Shown here in pieces: positions 1 to 11,384 of a stretch of 51,290 nucleotides of DNA. Origin of the DNA: Octopus bimaculoides. Its lineage: Eukaryota. Each line of letters opens with the position of its first letter. Within the stretch, counting starts at the first letter, position 1. The stretch covers positions 112,254,043-112,305,332 of the forward strand of contig NC_068981.1 of the NCBI RefSeq assembly GCF_001194135.2, given 5' to 3'. Below the pieces are notes generated by a model. The model saw nothing but the letters and a program-made list of their open reading frames with translations, was not told where the DNA came from and did no database searches. Position numbers and translations under genes: made by a program.

Positions 1-357
1 GAACCAATCTATTACTTGCTTAGAATTGGACCACAGTTGTAGCTTAAGTTTTCCAATTATTACAGGGATATACTTATCTAATATACTTTTGCTTAGTGTC
101 CCTATATCCGACTTAGCCGGGCAAATAAGCCTTAATTTAGGATCAGTCCAAAAATTATTCTTGTGATCTTTCAATATGAACCTCGGTTGCCTTGGCACTA
201 TAGGCTCAGTCCTATTTAAAAGGTTAAATCTCTTCATTAATTTTTTTGTTTCCATATTCGCATTTCTTAGTGTGTTCATACTAGTAGTCTTATAGTTCTT
301 CTCAATTTCTTTTTTAAGAAGCTCCAAATAATACTGCTTCTTTAGCTTATACAGCAT
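1..357 (-). mobile_element. Penelope-like retroelement RT, N-terminal part (open frame runs off left edge)
   Basis: 119 stop-free codons MLYKLKKQYY...PRFILKDHKNNFWTDPKLRLICPAKSDIGTLSKSILDKYI...LQLWSNSKQVIDWF; LKDHK-x-RLIxPAKS-x-W-x-VIxWF pattern recognised from invertebrate PLE RTs; not in ORF track. Confidence 0.78.
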
Positions 358-482
358 AGAGAATCATCTGAAAACATTTATCTTCATTTATTAATCATTC
401 AATAGATGTTTTATAGTTAGTTATAATTGATTTACAAAACTGCTCCAATTTTTATTATGACTATTTGTTCCTTTCATTTTAG

Positions 483-582
483 GATTTGATTTGAACATTG
501 AAAGGATCTTTAAGTCCCTCTGCAATAACAGAACCCTCAAACACCTTTCAGTTGGTCGTAACTTTTCTGGAGTTAAAGCAAA
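483..582 (+). CDS. CARMIL: CARMIL/LRRC16 homologue, first exon visible in window (LRR region)
   Basis: ttttag acceptor, gtgagt donor; encodes (G)FDLNIERIFKSLCNNRTLKHLSVGRNFSGVKA(K), resembling human CARMIL1 ...[20 protein letters not shown] as recalled; phase matches next exon. Confidence 0.9.
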
Positions 583-746
583 GTGAGTAAAATCCTTTGT
601 GCTAATTTTTGTTTCCTTGGACTATATACATTGTTATTATTAACATCTTACAACAGTGGTATTATCACTTGGTGTTTTGTTATCTATTTGAAACACCATT
701 TGTATTACTTTCTCCCTGATTTTTGTCTCAATATTTTAATTGTTTT

Positions 747-965
747 AAGGTGGCGAGCTGGCAGAAGCATTAGCATGCCATGCAAAATGCTTAGCGGTAT
801 TTCATCTGTCTTTACATTCTGAGTTCAAATTCTGCCGAGCTCGACTTTGCCTTTCATCTTTTCGGGGTCAATAAATTATGTACCAGTTGCGTACTGGAGT
901 CAATCTAATCAACTGGCCCCCTCTCCAAAAGTTTCGGGCCTTGTGCCTAAAGTAGAAAAGAATAT
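747..965 (+). mobile_element. octopus-type tRNA-derived SINE, family A
   Basis: ggcgagctggcagaa head, ttctgagttcaaattc B-box-like, ctttgcctttcatc..ggggtc..ataaat..gtacc core; second copy at ~3627-3825. Confidence 0.75.
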
Positions 966-1479
966 TTTAGTTGCTTTAATTCTTAACTACTATCCCAAAA
1001 TCATAGTTATTTTAATAGTGAGAATCTCATATTATCATGATTTTCACCATAATCATTTGTACCAATATTTTATATGCCACTTCCTCAGTGGCACTCTCTC
1101 TAGTGATGCTGAGCAGCAACCAACCCAGGTACAGATGTAACTATACCAACCATGTAGCGATTATTTTATTTTACTCTTTGCAGAGCATTTGTTTTTTTGT
1201 TCTTAACTTTTGTTTACATGCTTCTGCCATATGTATGATGAAGTATTTTCAGCTTCCTTTTCCACTTCAGCGATCACTACTCTCCTATCCTTTCTAAGTC
1301 AAATGCCAGCCAAGAAAGACAGTGTGGATCTAGCTGCAAACTCACAATATCCAAGTGTATGGAAGTACATACACTGCCATTCACATGTCTCACATGATAG
1401 CCAAAGTCCTAAACACTTTCAGCTCTTTCTATCATGTGCATTTCCAAAGCAATTTCAACTCAACAATCAAGCTATTTTT

Positions 1480-1940
1480 GCTCTAAGTTGAGGTCATAAT
1501 TTTGTTATTGCAATCTGGCCTGGGAACAACTTCTTCCTTCAAATCTTCTTCTTTCTCAAACTTCTTCCTTCCATGTCATTGAGAAATCTGGGTCTTGACT
1601 TTCTTTTGTTTTACTCCTGCAATGTTCATTCACACCTTCTGTGTAAAAAGCAACAAGGGGCAACAGGGTGTTGATTCTTATGGGATTGATGCTGCTATAT
1701 TAGCAAAGTTACTGAAAACTTTTGTACCACTCTGCAAGGAAAGACTTGTATGCTCCCAGAACATGCTCTAAGTATGTTTAACCTTCCTACAGAGACAGAA
1801 GCACATCATCGCAGCATTAGCAATATGATAGTTTCTTTTGCTCCTCTGTATGCTATGCTGTAACAATACTTCATCTGCCTTTGTTATTCTAAGACTAATG
1901 TCAGGTAGAACATTCTGGGTCTAGTTATATCCCACTTTTA
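1480..1940 (-). mobile_element. degraded RTE-type LINE endonuclease fragment
   Basis: decayed sequence resembling the APE/linker region of RTE LINEs; no intact frame. Confidence 0.4.
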
Positions 1941-2310
1941 TTAGAAGCAACATACACTGATTGTTCTATATTATTAATTTGTTTCATATTTCTCCCAGTT
2001 CATCCATTGCTCTACTCTACTTATTTTACTTCCAGAGTTGTCTCTGCCACTTTAATAGCTTTTTATGCTCCATTTCCTTGTTGCCAACACTAGTTCCTGG
2101 GCCCCTACAACAACAGGATTTCCTGAATTTCATAGCATCATGTAGCAACACACTTTTCCTTTGCAACTTTAAACTAAATTTTCTAAAAATAGCAGACTGT
2201 GTTAGCAAGAAGTCTGAAATTAAAATTTTGATGATAAAGTAAAATGTGTATTGAGCCATCTATGAATTTTAGTATAAATACATTGTTGAGTAGCATGTTT
2301 ACTCATCCAC

Positions 2311-3034
2311 ATATTGGAGTGAGACAAAAATTATCCCAGCAGTGACTAATGAAAATGCCAGATGCATTTCAACCTTATTGGGCCTGTTCAATGGCATATA
2401 CCCACAGCTGGCCACATGCTTAGATGACATTTGTCACTTCTGATATATAGAAAACAGTGAATAAAGATACACTGGTATTGCAAATAGCTGCCTGACTGAA
2501 TAAAAATTCTTTATATGCATTAGAAGCATTATTAATTAAAATGGTTATCTATGTATCATACTTAAATACATCTTTAAAAGGTAAATTTATTGTGATATTC
2601 ATCCGGAGATAACATCCATTATGGACAAAATATGTTGAAAAATACAATATATAACAGAAGGAAACAAAACGCAATTAGCAAGTACCCCAAATGCATTTCA
2701 GCCACAATGGATTTAGTCAGTAATATACTGACAGCTAGCCTCATGTTGAGATGAGATTTGTAATCTTTGATAAATAGGAAAACAGTGAAAAGTATTCACT
2801 AGTATTCTGAAAAGGCACCCAGTGGAATAAAATTATGTTACATACAACAGTAGAAGCTGTAGTTTTATTCACCAATACCAGTGTATGTTTTCAGTTTTCC
2901 TACATACTGGAAACAATAAATCTCATCTAAGCATGTGGCTGGCTGTGAGTACACACCATTATCCCAACAAAGCTGAAATGCATCTGGCATTCCAGCTATG
3001 CTCTGTTGAGACTGCTCTCATCTCCCTCCAATAT
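2311..3034. mobile_element. old MITE-like element with long imperfect TIRs
   Basis: 2353-2500 is reverse-complementary to ~2872-2995 (aatgccagatgcatttca / tgaaatgcatctggcatt; ccacatgcttagatga / tcatctaagcatgtgg); a partial third copy lies at ~2690-2850. Confidence 0.6.
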
Positions 3035-3286
3035 ATATTGTGTTTTTAAACACAGCATATCCATAAAAGATGAAAATTTTAAAGTAGTAAATATATCAAA
3101 TTACATTAAAAAAATTAGTAACTTTAATCCTGAAAAGTAGCATAATCCACTACTTGTATCATAATCTGACAACTTACTGAAGTCTTATAGTTATGCTTAT
3201 TCTTAATACGAACATTATTTTTACATTTCGTTTTGCTTATTATTTTTTCATTTTACTTTAAAATAAATCTTTATCTATTTCATTAG

Positions 3287-3341
3287 ATATTTGCCTCGTG
3301 TTTTGGATAGTTTGGTTCAACTTCTTCATGATGAAAACTGT
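3287..3341 (+). CDS. CARMIL: CARMIL exon 2 in window
   Basis: cattag acceptor, gtaagt donor; YLPRVLDSLVQLLHDENC, cf. CARMIL1 NLTPVLDNLVQMIQDEES. Confidence 0.9.
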
Positions 3342-3626
3342 GTAAGTAATATTTCTTTTTTCTCACTGTACTCTTCTTCTTAAATATATTTATTTAATAG
3401 ATGGATTAAACAAGAGAAGAACTACTCATAAATTTTGCTAGAATTTGTGCAATTTTATTTGTGGAAGGTAAAAGAAAAACTTATCTAAAAATGAAGTTCT
3501 CAGATGTATATCTATGGAAAACACATGGGGCAAAGTACAATATTCAAGGCTGAGAATGTGTTACAAAATGGGTAACAAAACATGTGCATTGAGTTAAGTT
3601 TATATTTTATTATGTAACATTTTGTG

Positions 3627-3825
3627 AAGGCAGCAAACTGGCAGAATCATTATTGCACTGGACAAAATGCTTAGTAGCAGTTTTTCTGGCTTTATGTTCT
3701 GAGTTCAAATGCTACTGAAGTCAACTTTGCCTTTTATCTTTTTGGGGTTTATAAAATGAGTACTGGTGTTAATCAACTATCCCCTTCCCCCAAATTTCAG
3801 GCCTTGTGCATGTAGAAAGGATTAT
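3627..3825 (+). mobile_element. SINE family A copy
   Basis: diverged copy of 747-965. Confidence 0.7.
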
Positions 3826-4327
3826 AAAACATTTTGTGAGCAATAATATTGTTGTTTATTAGTTCCAAAGGGCATTCACCAGTTCACTGTATTTTCAACA
3901 TGAGTGTCTACAACTCAGGCAAAACAATTACTGCAGATAATTTTAGCTTGAAAACACTAGTTTCTTGCACATATCGAGAATTTTGACTGGCAACTGGTGG
4001 TACTGTCACCTATGGTTGCTTTCAGAGTTTCTTGGTTATGATGATATACATCAGTGAAAGATATTAAGATACATATGTGCAAAGCCTGCACAGTTTCCAT
4101 TTATCAAATTCCACTCACTTGGCATTGCACAACCTAGTTGATTTCTGTTTAATGCATTGCACAGAAGGATCAAACTTTGAACCACATGATTTTTGAAGCA
4201 AAATTTTTAAGCATGGAGCCTTGCATATACCCTTATTGATATACATTATTGCATGAGTAATGAAATATTGTCAGTTTTAGAGATGAGTATTCAGTTGTTT
4301 TAGCAACTGCACTGCCTACTCATTGTA

Positions 4328-5220
4328 CGAGGAGGTCCTCAAAAGTAACTGGAAACATTCTCTGTGTGACAAGCCCATTGTAGTTCAGGCTTCCACTGCT
4401 GGGAGCCATTTGATGCGACCCTCGCAATTCAGTATACCGACCAACATCATCAAGTGAAGTCGTACTGTTACGTAGTATATCTTTGTTTTGCAGTGCTTTT
4501 CCCCTGTTCATCAATTTTTGCAATGGCTCAAACAAAGGAACAGCGTGCTTCTGTGAAATTCTGTTTTCTGCTGGGGAAAATGGCAGCTGAAACAGTTGTC
4601 ATGCTTTAAACAGCTTGCTAAGACACTGCCATGAGCAAAACACAAGTTTATGAATGGTTATCACGCTTTAGGAATGGTCACTTTGTCCTTGAAGACCAAT
4701 CTCGTTCAGAGCATCTGTCGACCTCCCGAATGAATGAAAACATCATGAAAATTCATGAACTAATTTTGGAGGATTATCAACAAACAATTGACGAATTTGT
4801 TGATATTCCTGGTGTCCTGGAGCTCCTGCTAACAAATTTTGAGCAAGGAATTGTGAATGAAAAGAGTTGCAGCAAAATTTGTGCCTTGCTTACAGAAAAT
4901 CAAAAGCAGTCATAATTGAATGCATGTCCGGAATTGAAAGAACAGTTGTAAGTTGATCCAGATCTTTTTGCAGAAGTCATCACTGGTGACGAAAGCTGGC
5001 GCTGCAGAATTTGCAGATGTGGAAGAGGTGAACAAAAAAGCAACAGAGACATTAAAAGGCACCACTTTGCAAGAGTTCCACCAATGTTCGAACAATGGAA
5101 GAGGCGTCAATGTATTGCTTCAAATGGAAAATACTTTCAAGGCAATAAAAATGCAACCATGTAAAACTAGATAAATAAAATAATATTGCAAAATTCTGGT
5201 TTCTTTTGAGTACCCCCACA
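4328..5220 (+). mobile_element. internally deleted mariner DNA transposon
   Basis: TA-flanked TIRs (cgaggaggtcctcaaaag / cttttgagtacccccaca); MSKTQVYEWLSRFRNG HTH, VITGDESW first catalytic D, C-terminal GKYFQG; middle missing. Confidence 0.88.
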
Positions 5221-5249
5221 TATTAGTGTGTAAATGGCAGGGCATTTCA

Positions 5250-5770
5250 CAGACTTTAGAATAAGACCTTGCAGCACTGCTCAGCACATTGAGCAACAAG
5301 CATTTTCCACCAGCTTTGGTCATCTACTCTTGTACATCCATTCCATTTAATGTTGATTGTCCTCAGGTCATCTTGAAATGCTAAGTGATCATTAGCCTGC
5401 TCCTTCTATACATGCTAACAGGTGGTACCCAAGTCATGGTTGCTTCCATGGTTCTAGATGGCTAGATGGATCATGTGCCCAGCCAGGCAGAATTGGCATT
5501 TTACTACAATCTCTTGCCATAATTGTGAACTTGCTCTTCTCATAATCTTGTTCTTGTCACACTGTGCTATCAGTTGACTCTCAGGATCTTCCTAAGGCAT
5601 GTTTGATAGAATACATTAAGTTTTTTATCCATCTTTACTATGCTCCTCCAAGTCTTGCTGCCATTGATTGCAGCGAAACTAGGAATGTATAGAGACTATA
5701 GACAGAATGATGGAGTTATATAGATGTTTGGAGCCACCTTATACTGTTAACCACTGGTCTATGTCACAGT
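5250..5770 (-). mobile_element. RTE LINE 3-prime fragment
   Basis: minus strand reads GSKTWRSIVKMDKKLNVFYQTCLRKILRV plus C-terminal remnants. Confidence 0.6.
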
Positions 5771-6275
5771 CTACAAACACACATGCATACACGCAGCAGT
5801 ATCAACATATATTTATACACATGCACATGTTTATGCATTACAGGATGTAGACATTCATTTGTTAAATATTTATGACAACTATTCTTTTCCCTTAATGACA
5901 GCAATTATCTGCTCCTATCTCCCTCCTCATTCTTCCCCCTCTCCTTTTCTTTGTTCCTATCAACTCTACAACTCCCACATATTTGACCTCATTCATCCCT
6001 TTCTTACTTCTTGACCATTTTATTTCTTCAAAAATTTGCTTTTTTCTTCTGTACTTCCGGTTCCACTTTCCATTTCAACTCATCTGTGATGAGTTAACTT
6101 AGAACAAGCGACAATGTAACCTTCACTGCCAATAAATTGTTATTGTTCATGATCATACACTGTCCACCTTTTGTTCTCTGTACCTGCCATGGACTGCTTG
6201 AAGCTTAAAAACTTCCTATGCTTGACTCTCTGGATCTTACCCTTGTATATTGATATGTATATATATATATGTATA

Positions 6276-7561
6276 CATCAGGTCATTAAGAATGAAATGT
6301 TCAATTTTGAATGGAAAGTTTATTTTACTTTGTCTCAATAAAAAGCAATGCAGTTAATCAAAGTATGCACCTAAATTATCAACACAATTTTGCTGTTTTA
6401 TCAGTAGCTTATTTATGCCAGCAGTGAAGAATTCTGGAGAGCAAGAGGGGATGAAATCACAAAAGGCTATTTTTGGATTTTCTCCAGATTTGAAATTTTT
6501 TCCTTGCAAGAAGTTGTCTAATGCCTAGAAAACATGATAGTCAATTGATGCAAGGTCTGGTGAATATGGTGGATGACAGATCACTTCCAAGTTCAGTTCC
6601 TGCAACTTGAGTAGTGTTCTTTGGGCAACGTGTGGTCGAGCATTGTCTTGGAAGAGAATTGGCCTGTCTCTATTGACCAATCTCGGTTGTTTAATTGCAA
6701 GTTCATCATTTCATCCAATTAGTTGATGTATATATATATGCTGTAATTGACTTACCAGGTCTCATGAAGCTGTAGTGGATGACACCAGCACTGGACCACC
6801 AAACAGACACCATTAGCTTTTTTTTGGTGAATATTCCTTTTTGGGATTGTGTTTTAGCACTTTGTCTTTATCCAGTCACCATGCAGAATACCTGCTATTG
6901 TTGAAAAGAATGCATTTTTCATCACACATAACAATACGATGCAAAAGTGGTTTGCATTTCTGCCATATCTGCAAAGAACAGCAAGTTCCAAGACAACGTG
7001 TCATGTGATGCTCATTCAGTTCGTGTGGTACCCACTTGTCCAGCTTCTTTACCTTACTGATTTGTTTCAGATGGTCCAATACAGTTGGAATTGAAACATC
7101 AAACCTTGCTGCTAACTCACACATAGTTTGAGATGTATCTACTTCCACTACAGTTTCCAGCTCATCATTATCCACCTTGGTCTCAGGTCTACCATGGGGT
7201 TGATTTTCAAGAGTAAAGTCACCAGACTGGAACTTCTCAAACTATCAACATACAGTGCGCTCATTCACCCCATCTTCACCAAACACCTCACTAATGTTTT
7301 AAGTTGTCTGGGACGCATTGGTTCCATGACGGAACTCTTATTTAATACACAATACAAACTTTTTATCTATGAGTTCACAAAAATTGATTTACAAGAGAAC
7401 ACTCACAATATAATCAGACAACATGAATTGCATTTCGAAAAGTCATGATGTAACTCTTCAGTGTTGTAAAACAAAGAATTGTCAGGATAAAACATTAGAA
7501 TTAACAACTGTCAAACTTGGGGCATAAGAAAATTGGACATTTCATTCTTCATGACCTGATC
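6276..7561 (-). mobile_element. full-length decayed mariner (cecropia/Hsmar1-like transposase)
   Basis: TA-flanked TIRs (atcaggtcat.aagaatgaaatgt at both ends), 1286 bp; HLKQISKVKKLDKWVPHEL and HRIVMCDEKCI motifs; frameshifted. Confidence 0.9.
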
Positions 7562-8104
7562 TAAATAAAGATATTATTGTTATTATTAATAAATAACAAT
7601 AATATAAGTGTTCACCAAGCATTAAAGCCAAAAAGGCAAATTCATAAATTTATAATTAATTATTAATTATAGTTGAGGGTACATGAAGTACCAGCATTGC
7701 TAATAGGAATTGCAATATACCCAAATAAGCCACCCTTTCACTGAAAATTCAACTGGGTGACGAAAATCAAGGAACAAGTAAAATTTAACTTACCATTGTG
7801 CTTGAAAGTCGGAAATGAGGATCACAGATATACGTATATCACATGATTTTGAACTTTGAGATATTTTCCTTAGTTCTCATCAGTAGGTCTTGCTGCTGTC
7901 ATGGATTAAACTTATACTCGCTTTATCATGCCTGTCATTGTGTTGAAAGAATAGCATCAAATTCAAATGATATCAGTGTATAATTATATATATATATATN
8001 NNNNNNNNNCTAAAAGAATATATAACTGAACTTATGTTGAGTGCTCAATTATCTTGAGCAAATAAACGTGTATATATGTGTTTTTATATCATTAATAAAT
8101 TCGT

Positions 8105-8695
8105 AGAAAGGCAGATTGTATGATGCCTGTGTATAAACAGCAATGCAACATGGCAGTGAAACATGGGCTGTGGCTATAAAGGACATAAAAAAGCTTGAAA
8201 GAAATGAATCTAGTATGCTTTGCTGGATGTGCACTGTCGCTATGCATGTATGACAAAGTGCAAAAATCTTGAGAGAAGTGTTGGGTATAAGAGGCATAAG
8301 ATGCAGTGTGCAAGAGAGGAGACAGCACTGATATGGTCATGTGATGCACGTGGAGGGAACCTGTGGAAGAAGTAGACCCAGGAAGACACAGGATGAGGTG
8401 GTGAAGTATGATCTTCAAATGTTGAGTCTTATGAAAGCAATGATAAGAGACCAAACCCCTTGGCAATTTGCTGTGCTTGAGACAGAATGTCAAGGTAAGT
8501 GAAATCATAGTTGTGGCCCGTGGCAAGTAAAAAGCACCCACAACACTTAGTGGAGTTGTTGGCATTAGGCAGGGCATCTAGCCATAGAAACTAAGTCAAA
8601 ACAGACTGGACCCTGGTGCGGCTCTTCAGCTTACTAATTCCATTCAAAGTGTCTAACCCATGCCAGCATTGAAAATGGACACTAAATGATGATAA
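8105..8695 (+). mobile_element. RTE LINE 3-prime end and tail
   Basis: GRLYDACV..GSETWA..GIRGIRCSVQERR-type coding remnant followed by the common tail ending in (gat)n. Confidence 0.8.
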
Positions 8696-8787
8696 TGATA
8701 TATATATATATGTGTATATATAAAATTAACAGAATGAGATAAAAATCCAAGGCTGTGAAAGATTTCAGAACATTTATAAAGAGAAGG

Positions 8788-8833
8788 TCTTACAGCTGTT
8801 TCTGGAATATTTCATATATCCCTTCATCAGAGA
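8788..8833 (-). ncRNA. minimal type I hammerhead-like motif in PLE-type repeat unit (copy A)
   Basis: exact reverse complement of 10959-11004. Confidence 0.55.
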
Positions 8834-9495
8834 TGGTGTGAGAAAATGGTTAAGCAATAGTTATTCTAGAGAAGATATGAAATAGAGAGTGAAGTGGAAG
8901 AATGAANNNNNNNNNNNNNNNNNNNNNNNNNNNNNNNNNNNNNNNNNNNNNNNNNNNNNNNNNNNNNNNNNNNNNNNNNNNNNNNNNNNNNNNNNNNNNN
9001 NNNNNNNNNNNNNNNNNNNNNNNNNNNNNNNNNNNNNNNNNNNNNNNNNNNNNNNNNNNNNNNNNNNNNNNNNNNNNNNNNNNNNNNNNNNNNNNNNNNN
9101 NNNNNNNNNNNNNNNNNNNNNNNNNNNNNNNNNNNNNNNNNNNNNNNNNNNNNNNNNNNNNNNNNNNNNNNNNNNNNNNNNNNNNNNNNNNNNNNNNNNN
9201 NNNNNNNNNNNNNNNNNNNNNNNNNNNNNNNNNNNNNNNNNNNNNNNNNNNNNNNNNNNNNNNNNNNNNNNNNNNNNNNNNNNNNNNNNNNNNNNNNNNN
9301 NNNNNNNNNNNNNNNNNNNNNNNNNNNNNNNNNNNNNNNNNNNNNNNNNNNNNNNNNTGAAAATGGACACTAAATGATGATAATGATATATATATATATG
9401 TGTATATATAAAATTAACAGAATGAGATAAAAATCCAAGGCTGTGAAAGATTTCAGAACATTTATAAAGAGAAGGTCTTAGAGCTGTTTCCAGAA

Positions 9496-9499
9496 TCCG

Positions 9500-9545
<46 letters not shown>

Positions 9546-10739
9546 AGAGATGTGTGTGTACGTGAATGTACTTTATGCACGTTCACAAATTAGCATGCAT
9601 GTCACTCCAATTTTAGGAGGAGATTCGTCATGACCCTATCTGCATTTTCTTCAACTTTTTCTCTCAGAAGCATCTGCGTATAGCTGTAAAAATCGCTAAA
9701 CTTTTACCAATTTTGAAGTTTGTTGACATGGCGAAGTCAAATCTGTACGTACGCGCATGAAGGAGAGAGAGAGAGAGAGAGAAAGAAAGAAAGAAAGAAA
9801 TAGTGTTTTTGTGACAGGGGAGTTACAGAGTGTTTACTACCGTCTAACAAAAAAGAGGAAACAAAAAGTGGGAAAGGGAGACACAAAGCGGCTAAGGAAA
9901 AAAAAATTCTCTAACCAAGACAGAGTTTGTTTGCCAGCATCTAAGAAAAGAAAAAAAGAACAAAAAAGTGGAAGAGGGACACAGAAAGACACTATATTCT
10001 ATAATGAGATTATATATACTTTCTCACACAACAATTAAAATATATTTATTCTAAATCATATATTTATTTTAAATCGTTCATCTTTCTCCCCCCTCTCACT
10101 CTCACACACACGCACATATACTACTTTGGAAGCAAAAGAGTTTTGTTTATATTTCACAACTATGAAACAAAAAGGTATGTAACAATTTGTCAGCCACCAA
10201 CCCGTTTTTCAGACCACTAACACCCGCGCGATTTCCACTAGGGTGTTACAGTTAGGGTTTTATGGTTAGGATTAGGGTTAGGGTTACGGTTAGTGTTAGG
10301 GTTAGTGTTAGGGTTAGGATTAGGATTAGGGCTGGTGTTAGGGTTACGGTTTTAGGGTAAGGGTTAGGCTTAGGCTTTAGGGTTAGGGTTAGAGTTAACC
10401 TAGAAGGGACAGGCCCTTTATTTTTTGGTTAAGGCTGTTGGTAAGTCTTCCTAAGTTACTCCAATCCAGATCCCCAATGCAAACCTTCAGATCAACCTTC
10501 TCCTATACAGATCTCTAATGCAACTTTAAAAAAAACAGCCAATGAGTGGAAATAACCAATAAACTGATTCCTTATGGGATTTCCCAATCAAATTGCCAGC
10601 AAACCATTTTCAGCCAAACCAATTTCAACGGATTTCACTCAAATCTGATGTCGATGTTACTTATTTTGGTTTGAAATAAAGCACTTGATCACTTAATAAT
10701 TCTAGCTTAATCCCGGGCAGCGCCGGGCTATACTGCTAG
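9496..10739 (+). mobile_element. non-autonomous Helitron
   Basis: 5-prime TC followed by (TA)n, 3-prime hairpin cccgg-gcagcg-ccggg then CTAG; inserted between A and T with no TSD, shown by the empty-site paralogues (ggaa|tatttcatat at 8805 and 11187). Confidence 0.88.
10245..10400 (+). repeat. degenerate (TTAGGG)n-like array inside the Helitron
   Basis: ttagggttagggttacggttagtgttagggttagtgttagggttaggattagg... roughly 20-25 imperfect units. Confidence 0.9.
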
Positions 10740-10958
10740 TATTTTATATATCCCTTCATCGGAAACGGTGTGAGAAAATGGTTAAGCAATAGTTATTCTA
10801 GAGAAGATATGAAATAGGGAGTGAAGTGGAGGAATGAAAACAGATGTGAGATATGCAGGGATATTGTATCTGCAGTTTCATTATTTTCATTCTTCCACTT
10901 CACTCTCTATTTCATATCTTCTCTAGAATAACTATTGCTTAACCATTTTCTCACACCA

Positions 10959-11004
10959 TCTCTGATGAAGGGATATATGAAATATTCCAGAAACAGCTGT
11001 AAGA
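10959..11004 (+). ncRNA. minimal type I hammerhead-like motif (copy C, sense to CARMIL)
   Basis: TCT-CTGATGA-A-GGGATAT/atgaa/ATATTCC-A-GAA-ACAGCTGT(palindrome)-A-AGA: 3-bp stem I, conserved core, 7-bp stem II, self-complementary stem III, GUA site. Confidence 0.6.
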
Positions 11005-11170
11005 CCTTCTCTTTATAAATGTTCTGAAATCTTTCACAGCCTTGGATTTTTATCTCATTCTGTTAATTTTATATATACACATATATATATATATGTGTAT
11101 ATATAAAATTAACAGAATGAGATAAAAATCCAAGGCTGTGAAAGATTTCAGAACATTTATAAAGAGAAGG

Positions 11171-11216
11171 TCTTACAGCTGTTTCTGGAATATTTCATAT
11201 ATCCCTTCATCAGAGA
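11171..11216 (-). ncRNA. minimal hammerhead-like motif (copy D)
   Basis: reverse complement of 10959-11004, the other arm of the foldback centred near 11090. Confidence 0.5.
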
Positions 11217-11384
11217 TGGTGTGAGAAAATGGTTAAGCAATAGTTATTCTAGAGAAGATATGAAATAGAGAGTGAAGTGGAGGAATGAAAACAGATGTGA
11301 GATATGCAGGGATATTGTATCTGCAGTTTCATTATTTTCATTCTTCNNNNNNNNNNNNNNNNNNNNNNNNNNNNNNNNNNNNNC

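Noticed and set aside
8861-9586. Long ORFs here and at 27602-28296 and 39552-40542
   Set aside because: They are open only because N gaps translate as X
10245-10400. Chromosome end or telomere fusion
   Set aside because: The array is short, degenerate, in one orientation and enclosed by Helitron termini
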